A stretch of DNA of 64,000 nt from Rhizophagus irregularis (Eukaryota), in NCBI RefSeq assembly GCF_026210795.1, contig NC_089434.1, positions 5,146,001 through 5,210,000 on the forward strand, written 5' to 3'. The translations under genes were made by a program, and so were the position numbers. Below are positions 53,584 to 64,000 of this stretch, in pieces. Under the pieces are notes generated by a model, which was not told the DNA's origin, did no database searches, and saw nothing but the letters and a program-made list of their open reading frames with translations. Position 1 is the first letter of the stretch, and each line of letters starts with the position of its first letter.

Positions 53584-56500
53584 GTAAGTTATATTATTTA
53601 TACTGTACTGATACTTCATATCCTTTAATCATAGTTATTAATAATAATATTAAATTATACATAGTTATAAATCTTAGCAAACGCTCTAATTTTTTTATAA
53701 AATTATGCATTTTATAACGATATTACATTGAATAAATTTAGTAAATTTTACAAGCAAATGATAATATGAAACATAATTATTCTAAACATTATACCATAAT
53801 GTCGAGTGATAATAATATAAAATAAAATGGATGTATAAAACTATAAAATGTTTGTCTAAGATATAACATTTTCAAGTTTAAAAAGTAATTGTTGTTTTGT
53901 TAAAAATGGAATGGTTATTATATGACGTTTCTTCTTTAGTATATACGGCCTAAATATCTCTATATATTTGACGTTCTTATACAGATCAAAAAGAATACAT
54001 TTGCATAACATTTGCGTAAAGTAAGAACTTTAAAGTTTAAGCCAATTCTGACTGGTAATTTACAAAATAACAAACACATTTCTTAAAAAAAATTCTGAAT
54101 CAGAATACTTTTCCGGTTTCCATCTTCGATTCTGCAAAAAATTGAAAAGTTCAGGTGATAATTTAAGAAATATCCACCTATAAAGAGACTAAACAATTAT
54201 CAGGTTGATCAAGTTCGTGTAATACCAAATTTAATAAATTGTCTGATTAAATGATCGCGTATATTAAATGATCGCGTATATTATAAGGCTATAAGGCCTA
54301 TTAATGCCTAAAAAGTCAATTTAACCACTATTTTATTTAACCGCTATTTATTTGTACGTTTTTTTTTTGAAAAAAAAAAACTTTCTTTCTGAAAGTAAAG
54401 TCTTCCTCCTATACCATTTGCCATCGTGCATAGTGTGTTATAGGAAAAGGCGGACTTGAATTATATAGGTGTAAGCTTATGTTATATAGGCGTAAAGCTT
54501 ATATAATTAACGCAACGAAAATCCTTTAATCAAAGGTTAAAATAGGCATGATGGGATATTCTCATATATCATGAGCTCTGTCTGTTCGAAGTGTCGTTTT
54601 ATATATAATTAAGTAGGCTTAAGTCGTAAGTAACTTTTTTATAACATTGATTATTGGAGAATTAAGTGGCAAAAATAATTTTTAGTTTGTAAGACTTTTA
54701 ACTCCATACCAACTTGTGTGTGTTTGGCGTGTAATTAATTCCCTAACCCTTAGACCCACTCGTGGGTTAGGTAGGTTGCTTTGCACTTCTTGCAGCCTAC
54801 CTTATAATGGGTTTTAGGTCCACGTTTGTCCATTTAAAATTTATTAAACAGGATGTCATTCGTCCAAACACATTGCAACGTTTGTTGATGAAGCTATAGT
54901 TGTCTAATAAAAGTTCGCTTTGCCAGGCAATTTATGGTGGATTCAATGGATCAAATTACAAACAACAATAATGCAGTCATATGAGAATTCCAGGCCAAAG
55001 AATAAGGGTGAATTGTCAAAGTTGAGAATATATTTGTATTTTTTTTTTAAAGCCGTCATTCTCATGAACTTTTTCATTGTATCCCTAAATTCAATGATTT
55101 TGGTAATGATGAAACTGCAGTTGTTTATAGGGGTTTCCCGCCAAACTTCTGAGGTGAATTTATGTCTGGTGTTTTCGAATATACTTATCCTTTTTGCAAT
55201 AGAGTCGTAGCGAGTCTTCTTAAAGCGTACCTGTGACACCCCATCCAACTTGGGCAGTGTCGCTGAATCTAAAGCAAGGTACCCAGTTAATCCTCAACTT
55301 TGGGTTGATGAGTTATGATTCTGTAGTATTAAGGCATAATGTTTTGACTTTCATCACCAATTTAACTCATAATTCTAATTTATTGAATTAGTTTATTATA
55401 GATTTATTGATATTTTTTTTATCTGTTATATAATATTTAAACTAATGTATACTTTATCTGTAATTAAAATTGTTATTGTAATAAATAACCGGTAACTTAA
55501 ATCTATTGAAATTAACTTTTAAATTAGATTACAAATTATTAAAATATTATAAAATTGAATTTAACGATATTTGATTGATTTGATATTTTTATAGATAATA
55601 TCATTTTGATATTATTTTGATACTGAATTAATATTAAAATAATATTATATTGATATTGCATTTATTAAAAAAAAATCATTATTGTTATAACAATATCAAA
55701 ATGATATCGTTTCGTTATTTGTCAATATCGATTAGATAATTATAAAGTGATATCTTTACGATATTATATTGATATTGAATTAATGTTAGAACGATATCAT
55801 ATTAATATCGTATTTACTTTCTATTTTTCATTGTTGTTATAACAATATCGAAATGATATCGATTTGATGTTTCGTCAATATCGTTATGATGTCGATTAGA
55901 TAATTATAAAGTGATATCTTTACGATATCATATTGATATTGAATTAATGTTGGAACGATATCATATTAATATCATATTTACTTTCTATTTTTCATTATTG
56001 TTATAACAATATCGAAATGATATCGATTTGATGTTTCGTCAATATCGTTATGATGTCGATTAGATAATTATAAAGTGATATCTTTACGATATCATATTGA
56101 TATTGAATTAATGTTGGAACGATATCATATTAATATCGTATTTACTTTCTATTTTTCATTATTGTTATAACAATATCGAAATATCGATATGATATCGATT
56201 TGATGTTTCGTCAATATCGTTATGATGTCGATTAGATAATTATAAAGTGATATCTTTACGATATCATATTGATATTGAATTAATGTTGGAACGATATTAT
56301 ATTAATATCGTATTTACTTCCCATTTTTCAAAAAATTCATTGTTGTTATAACAATATCGAAATGATATCGATCTGATATTTTTTCAAACAAATATCTTTA
56401 CGATATCATTTCGATATATTGAATTAATATTGAAATGATATCATTGCGATATCATAATGATATCATTTGCAAATCGATATCACCACGATATTTATTTAAC

Positions 56501-56868
56501 ATCATTATTATATCAATTCGGTATTGTTTAAAAATTCAAGGTTTCTGTAAAGTAATTATAAAGTGATATCTTTACGATATCATATTGATATTGAATTAAT
56601 GTTGGAACGATATCATATTAATATCGTATTTACTTCCCATTTTTCAAAAAATTCATTGTTGTTATAACAATATCGAAATGATATCGATCTGATATTTTTT
56701 CAAACAAATATCTTTACGATATCATTTTGATATATTGAATTAATATTGAAATGATATCATTGTGATATCATAATGATATCATTTGCAAATCGATATCACC
56801 ACGATATTTATTTAACATCATTATTATATCAATTCGGTATTGTTTAAAAATTCAAGGTTTCTGTAAAG

Positions 56869-57536
56869 CATGTTCTTATTAATCTTGGATCAGAAGATAT
56901 AGACTCAACAGCATACTGAATTTTATAGAGCATTTCCCCTTCTGTCTTATTGAAACGTTCCACCATTCCATTACCTCGATGGGAATATGGACCAATCACT
57001 CGAATAGTGACATTATGCTCTTGCATTAGCCTAGAGGTCTCGCCCATCCATTCTCGCCTATTATCACATTGAAGAAGCTTTGGCCAAGTTAATGGGTTAT
57101 TTCGATCTCCATATTTTCTCTTAAATGCTTTAGCGACTTCTGAACTTTTCTTCAATGTGAGTGGAACCGAAGCCTTATATCGGGAAGCGCAGTCTATTAT
57201 ATTAAGTACCGCTTTATAGGTCTTACCTTTGTAGTAATCGTGGGTAAGGAACATTATATTACACTAGTGGACACAATTTGGTCGTGTTATTTTCCGATAA
57301 CTGACTCTAGGGATATGTTTTGGTGGGGGCATATAGATTTGGTGTGATTGCTGATTTTCTAAAAAATCTTTACATTCACTTAGGCAGAATTGGTGCCCCT
57401 CTTTTTTACATGCATCTCTTAACGATTTGGGATTAGAATGATAGCCAGTTGGGCGATAATATATTCCACGTAATATGATATTTTTTTCAATTCTCTGAGC
57501 CTCACTAGGGTCTATCAAGATTTGTGGTTGGCTCAT
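56869..57536 (-). pseudogene. Polinton/Maverick-type rve integrase, 3' end cut by the transposon
   Basis: IYYRPTGY...L N terminus, VH*CNIMFL, LNIIDCASRY, WPKLLQCDNRREW and NGMVERFNKT. It has its own ATG and is not part of a pol polyprotein. Confidence 0.85.
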
Positions 57537-59230
57537 TCTGATTCTCTTTTATAATCACAAAAAAGAATGGCATTTCAGAGGCCCCATCCAAGGCAGAGAA
57601 GAACATGTGAAGAATATAAAGCTGAGCTGGAGGAGGAGAACTACCATCTTCGTAGTGAATTGCAAGCAGAAGTTGATAGTAACTGCCAAAATGAAAAGCA
57701 GATCAGGGAGCTGAAACGTGAATGTGTCCATTATGAACAAGAAATCCAAACTCTTAACGGTGAGATAGAACGTCTTGAGAATGCTTCGAAAGAGGAGATA
57801 GCAGAGCTAAAATCTGAAATCTCCAGCCTAAAAAAGCAACTATATCAAGCTAAGAAGGATATTCGTGATAATGAAAAACATATTTCTAGTATAGAGAGTC
57901 TGTTAGTAGATTCCGAGGAGTAGGTAAAGAAATTGCGATGCCGGATCAGGACTATCTCATCACGAAAAAATTCACCAGAAAGAGGTAATTCTCTGGACTT
58001 GTATAATTCTGATGATAATATGGCCACAATCACAGAGCTAGCAAATGCTATAGATGGTTATCTAAATAATAGGACAACGACCAGAGATATTCTAATAGAC
58101 CAAATAAAAAGGCGACAAGGCAGATACGTCGAAAAGAGAATAATTTGCATCAGGATTTAGTCTGTGAGCAAAGAAGGCGCTATGATGCAGAAGGTGAGTG
58201 AGATCTTGCTATTACGCGAAAAGATCTTGCTGAAGGTGGGATGGCTAATGTTATTGGTGATCTCCATCAGTTGCGGACCAATGCTCAAAACCAGGTAAAT
58301 AGAATGATAGCTAATATAGCAAGAAAGCAAACCCGTATAGGTGTACTGATACAAGAAAAATTTGCCTTACAATTATTGTATCAGCGAAATGCCCACCACT
58401 TACAGCTAAGTAGAGGGGATATAGGTCTGTTAGAATTTAATCGAGACAGGTTATATGAGCGATATGAGAAATGGAAAAATAAGACCCAAGCAGAACGCCA
58501 GAATAATTTAAATTTGCAAGGACAAATTTTGGCGCTTCAGAATAATCCACTTAATATAGAACAGATAGGAATGGTTGGATACGGACCACCAATATTTTAT
58601 GGACGTCCTGGCAAAGATTCAGAAGATTGGCTTAGAGACATGCAAAGATATATAATAGCTAGTCAGATAAATGTTGCACCTGGTGCAGGTCAGGCCCCCG
58701 GAAGAGAAGAGGCATTTGGATTAGTAGTATCATGCCTTGCAGGCGATGCATTAAATTGGTACAATACTCGTGTTAAGGGTAAAAATTGGAGATGTAATAA
58801 TCTCTCAGACAATTTGGGAGTAGCTACTTTAACTGCTGTTCGAGCTTTGGTCGCCGGAAATGGTGGTGGACAAATTGGAGCTTTGAATACTGCTGGAGAA
58901 TTTCAAGGTAAGGCGACCACCGAAATTGGTAGAATTGGTGCAGGTATTGCAACTGGTGCTAAGGATGGTCATCGGTCCTACCGGTCCTCGCAGTCCCTGG
59001 ACCGGACCGGTCCCGGGATGGGGCACTTGTAGGACTGGACCGCGGTCTTGCATTTTTTTGTGGCGCAGTAGGACCGGTCCTGAGGACCGACCAGTCCTCG
59101 TACCGGTCTTTATATAATAAATGATTTTTATATTGAATAAACCTATTAATCTGATAAAGGTCTTCATAAAATAATATAAAGACCGGCCATTTCCAAACCA
59201 ATAAATAATGACAATCACTCTTCCCACTTG

Positions 59231-59960
59231 TAGAGTTGCTTGTCAAAACGCTGAAACTCCGATACTCCAAAAAAAGAGTTTAAGCGGAATATCTCGTCAT
59301 CCAGTGATCAGAAAAGGATGAAACCACCACCATTCGAATCGTCTTAGCGAGACGCGTCGAATGGTGACTAAATTATGTTTCTAGGATCGATAGATAGTCG
59401 GTAATTATTGAATTTATTATCAAATAGTTTTGCCGACGTAATATTTTTTTTATTGATTATAAAATCATGATTTTGATACCATTCGACGCGCTGCAGCGAG
59501 ACGATTTGAATGGTGGTAAAATCATCTCTTTACAATCACTGGATGGTGAGATATTGCGTTTTGAAGTATTTTTTCTCAAAGCTTTAAATTTTCGAAACTA
59601 TGACTTCAGAAATTTCAAAAAAAAACTTTAAAACGTAATATCTCGCCATCCAGTGATTATAAAAGGATGAATTTACCACCATTCGAATCGTCTTACTGAG
59701 ACGCGTCGAATGGTATCAAAATCATGATTTTAGAATCGATAGAAAAACAATTACGTCAGCAAAACTATTTTATAACAAATTCAATAATTGTTGGTTATCT
59801 ATTGATCCTGGAAATATAATTTAGTCACCATTCGATGCGTCTCGCTGAGAGGATTCGAATGGTGGTAGTTTTATCTTTTTCTGATTACTGGATGACGAGA
59901 TATTCCGCTTAAACGCTTTTTTTAAAGTTTGGAGTTTCAGTGTTTTGACAGGCAACTCTG
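59231..59960. mobile_element. Palindromic MITE nested in the hAT element, 8-bp TSD
   Basis: cccacttg|tagagttgcttgtcaaaacgctgaaactcc...ggagtttcagtgttttgacaggcaactctg|cccactta. Confidence 0.85.
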
Positions 59961-60213
59961 CCCACTTACATGCTTATATTCTTTCAAAAAGAATTTCCTA
60001 ATGCTAATTTATTAATTTTTAAGATTATTTGTTCATTCTGAAATTTAGTAATTTATTCATTTTTTATAAATGTTAATTTATTTTTAATGTTAATAATAAA
60101 TACATATATTTTTAAAGAGAATACATAAAAAGTTAAAAAATTTATACAAAAAAAATAAAATAAAAGATTTTTTAATTATATAAAAGGATAAAATATCAAA
60201 ATTTTTTAATATT

Positions 60214-62166
60214 TTATTCAATTTTTCCTTGTTCTAACCAAGATTTTAAGCATAAACATGCTCGTGCTGTATTAGCATCAATTCTGTTACGTGTTTGACT
60301 AAATTGGTTTCCTGCAATTGAAAAAAACTGTTCACAAGGAACAGATGTTGGCATTATGGCTAAGTAGTCCTTTGCCATTTTTGATAATGTTGGGTATTCC
60401 ATAGAATGGTTTTTCTACCATTCTAAAGGTACTATTTCATCACCCGGTGAGTTAGAAGTAAAATAAAGTTCCAATTCATTTAAAACAGGCTGCGGAGTTT
60501 GATTTGGTGCTATTAAATTGCGAAAAAAATTTCTTGTTTCAATTGCTGATAAATTCATTAAATGACGCTGAGAAGCCTGAATGGGTTGAGATGGTATATG
60601 AGTATCATCAGATTCTCTATAATTGGCCATTGCTCTACGAATTGGTTCAAAAATATTATTTTGAGACATATCACCATATGCTAATTTTTTATAACAGGGA
60701 TCAAAAAAGGCTGGAACATGTAATGCCTCATTTATTTCATCAAAATAATTTGTAAAAACACGGTTCATTTCATCTACTTGGTCTTGTAAAATAAAATTTT
60801 CACCTCGAGATTGATTTAAATGCATTCTAATACCTTCAAAAAGTAATTTAACTTCACCAATAGTTGGATAACTAGAAGCAGATATCACTCTTGTTACTGA
60901 TGCAAAAGGAGCTAATAAGTCTGCTAAAATAGTAAGTATATTCCATTCTTCTTCATTTGGCCAATTATTTGATAATGATGTAAGATTTGATATTAAATGA
61001 GCCAAAAGAGGTTTAATTTCTAATGCTCGATCTATCATGTAGAATGTATAGTTCCATCTTGTAGTACAATCTGAAAGTGGTACTTTAAATTTAATTTTTT
61101 CAACTTGAAAAAACTCCTTTAACTTATCCATTTGTTTAGGTGAATTTCTTACTGTACTAATAAATATACGCAACTTTTTGACACAATTAGGAACTATACT
61201 TGTATTAAGTGCTGCTTCAACAGCAAGGTTTAAAATATGTGCTGCACAGTGATAGTGGCAAAATTCTGATAAATTAAGATCTTCTTTAATCAGTCGAGTC
61301 GCAACTAACATCTTTGCTTCATTGTCACTAGTAATTCCAATTAATCGATCTGCAATATTTAATTCTAAAACAATTTTAATAATAGAATCTTTAATTGCTA
61401 AAGCTGTGTGTGGTGAAGGAATATACAATACATCTAATACAAAGTGATCAAACTGTTAATCATCTTTTATAAAATGAATTGTTACTGCCAAAATACCTAA
61501 TGAACTAATTGTTGTCCACATATCCATTGTTAACGAAATTTTGGAAGTTGAAAGTTGAAGGTAGTTTTTTATTTGAATTTGTGCATTTTCAAACTTTTTC
61601 ATTATCATATCTTTTATTGTGTGTCGAGATGGAATTTTGTATTTTGGTTGAATAGATGCTATAAATTTTTTAAAACTTTGATTTTCAACAATGGTAAATG
61701 GTTGCTGGTCTGTGATAATCCAATTAACAAAAAGATTATGCTTTTCTTGTTGTATATCAACTGTCCAGGGTTTTGCATTAGATTCAACTTGACCTAAGTC
61801 TTTATATACATCAAAATGTTTAGCTTTTAAATGACGTTCAAGAGTTGTAGTAGAATTGTTTGCAGAGAAATGGCCTTCACAAATATGACATAAAATATAA
61901 GTTTCAGTTTGTTCATCATCTTTTTCAATTGTCTTTTTTTCAAAATGTTTCCAAACTCGAGCTTGTCTTAATTCTTTAGATCTAATACTAGAAGTTTCAG
62001 TTTCAGTTTCAGTAATTTCAGTTTCTCTTTCAGCCATTTCTGTTGTTATTTCACTATCTCTTTCTTCATATTCCTCATCCTCATAATCAATAAAAATTTG
62101 ATCCTCTATAAAGGATTCATATGGAAAAGAGTTGTAATTATCCTCTTGTTCTTGCTCTTCAGCCAT
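60214..62166 (-). pseudogene. BED-hAT transposase with two in-frame stops
   Basis: VWKHF..CHIC..LERHLKAKH, DMWT, SDNE, CAAHILNL, TRWNYT and PTSVPCEQFFS. Stops at 61456 and 60415 fall at expected Trp positions. Confidence 0.92.
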
Positions 62167-63793
62167 AATTCAAAAAAAGAAAAAAAAAATTTAATAAAAA
62201 AAAAAATTGCGATGGGAAAATTTTTTAACTACTGTGCAAGTTTGAACACAGTGATGCATTTTTGCATAAATACAACTAGTTTTATCATGCTTAACTCATA
62301 TTTAGCTAAAAGGTTATGAGTACCAAGTGTTTGATTAAACGAAAATGATCATATGATTGTCACTAATACAATAATAGTAAGTGCATGACGTATGTGATGA
62401 TCATAAATCCAGGTGATTTGTAAAAAAAAAAATTTATATTAAAAATCATCCCAATTAGTGTTCATTTATAAAACAAGGCTATTCCTAATAAAGTTAAGGA
62501 AGAAAATCTTTTTTTATTTGCAAAAAAAAGAAAAAAGACCGATCGGTCTTAAAAAGACTGCGGTCCTTAAAAAGACCGACGGTCTTATTATATGCGATAC
62601 AGGACCGAAAGACCGTGGTCCTACACTAAGACGGACTGGTCCGTCTTTTTATGGTGTAGGACCGTAGGATCACGGTCTTCTAGAACCGATGACCATCCTT
62701 AACTGGTGCTGATATTATTCCAAATGGTACTTGGGATGAAGACTGGTCCATAGCTGGTGGCGAACTTGTAGATAATGCACCAGTGGCACCTAATGCTGGT
62801 GGTGGTTTACCTGTTGTTACAATTGCTCCTGGCATCAAACTTGGTCAACTTCTTTACTTATTTAGAACTGCCTATACAACAGTTGAACACTTAAAACAGA
62901 CGGCAGTTTTCGGTCAGCTCATGCAAGGTGATATGTCAGTTGAGCAGTTTTCTGCCCGAATTAAAAAGGTTGGTAAATTGGCTGAAATGACTCCGGAATA
63001 GCAAAGAGAGCAATTTATTCGTGGCTTAAATCCTATGAACCAATATAATATTCAAATAATGGCTAAATTTTATGATACACAGGATAATATTACAAAAGCT
63101 CTGGCCGAAGCAGAAAAATTTACATTATCTCAAAAGAGTGCACCATCTTCTCTTCCTATTTTTCCGACAGCCAATCCATATGCAGATACTAACAGATCAG
63201 GGGGGTGGGATGACTAAAAATGAAATCGAGGACTTGATAAAAACTACAATGGCTTCCTCACAGCCTCAAACAGCTCAACAAAACACCGATTTACAATCTT
63301 CTATTAAATTATTGCAGGAGACTATGTCTCAAGTGACTAAGACTCTAGATAATAGTAAAAAATCGGCCAATAAGAGAGGGAAAGACCTTATTATTAGACG
63401 ATTTTTAAGTGAGCTACTAAGGACAAAATCAAATAAGCAACCTGAAAATGATTATAATTATGACCCTGTGAATAATATTACTGACAGTATGGCCGGGATG
63501 ACACTAAATAGTGCCACAATAAATGCTATCAAATCCGCCGTTAAAAGTGCCGTTAAGAAATGTTCTAAGTGCGGTAGATTTGGACACACTTCTCGTAAGT
63601 GCTCTGTAAAGAAAAAAAAGAAAAGTAAGAAGTCTAAAAAGGGTAAGGTTAATCTCGCTATAGAACTAGATTCAGATTCAGATTCTTCTTCCAATACCTC
63701 ATCTAATGATAGTTCTAATTCTGATTCAAGTTCAGATGATTCTTCCGATTCTGGAGGCGATATTACTGTTAATATTGCCAAGACAAAAAAAAA

Positions 63794-64000
63794 GTGAAGA
63801 AGGGGAGTGAATCTGAGAAATTATCCTCTAAAGAGATATCTAGTGCCAAGCTGAGAGAAATACCACTAGAGAAGACTATTCGTAAAGTCCTTTATAGTGA
63901 GCTTAAACTAATCTTCCCCCCACATTTTTTCCAAGATTCTGGTCTCATTGCGTCCAAACAGATAGTGGCTTCTACGGAGGCAAAGATAGTATCCCAAAAT
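63794..64000 (+). CDS. Open -1 frame following the gag stop (putative frameshift product, runs off the window)
   Basis: A9-G-TGA at 63785-63797. The -1 frame VKKGSESEK...IVSQN has no stop up to the window end. Confidence 0.5.
   Translation, partial: MKKGSESEKLSSKEISSAKLREIPLEKTIRKVLYSELKLIFPPHFFQDSGLIASKQIVASTEAKIVSQN

Larger units (their letters stand above)
39632..56868 (-). mobile_element. Large CMC/CACTA (Plavaka-like) DNA transposon, copy 2 (inverted)
   Basis: Reverse complement of 6737-21549 with different nested insertions. Confidence 0.9.
58960..62701 (-). mobile_element. Full-length hAT element with an 8-bp TSD
   Basis: actggtgc|taaggatggtcatcggt...accgatgaccatcctta|actggtgc, with GGACC/GGTCC subterminal repeats. 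Confidence 0.95.
57567..63797 (+). pseudogene. Gag-like gene (coiled coil, capsid-like region, CCHC knuckle), interrupted by a hAT element
   Basis: PPIFYGRPGKDSEDWL...CLAGDALNWY, LMQGDMSVEQFSARI...QFIRGL and CSKCGRFGHTSRKC. The frame rejoins across the 58960-62701 insertion. Confidence 0.8.

Noticed and set aside
55105..55153. C/D snoRNA-like ATGATGA...CTGA
   Set aside because: Too short, with no terminal stem or recognisable rRNA guide. Such motifs are common in AT-rich DNA.
55295..55345. Hammerhead ribozyme-like TGATGAG followed by a stem
   Set aside because: The core reads TTGATGAG rather than CTGATGAG, and the required GAAA after stem II is absent.
57567..64000. Ordinary Ty3/gypsy LTR retrotransposon
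   Set aside because: No LTR or PBS upstream of gag, because the integrase ATG is only 30 bp away. This cannot be fully excluded since the downstream sequence lies outside the window.

Overview
AT-rich eukaryotic DNA with GT-AG introns, most likely an arbuscular mycorrhizal (Glomeromycota-like) fungal genome (inferred from composition and element repertoire). It is almost entirely nested, mostly decayed mobile DNA. Two inverted copies of a large CMC/CACTA(Plavaka)-like transposon (6737-21549 and 39632-56868) dominate the window. Each carries a transposase, a Myb/trihelix gene with an RS-rich tail, a multi-exon unknown gene, a GC-richer hairpin region and GATATC-rich subterminal arrays. A Tc1 terminal repeat split between 6701-6736 and 39601-39631 indicates that the ~18 kb between the copies has been inverted. 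Undoing the inversion places an AEP primase/D5-like helicase gene with an iteron-like array close to a Polinton-type integrase that lies head-to-head with a Gag-like gene. This suggests a virus-like element combining Polinton-like replication and integration genes with a retroviral-type capsid. Also present: three hAT relics, a MULE, a Tc1, many MITEs with target-site duplications (TSDs), a pPolB fragment, an Argonaute 5' pseudogene and a Zator-like fragment. No rRNA, tRNA or CRISPR was seen. All family calls are by-eye motif recognition, not database searches.
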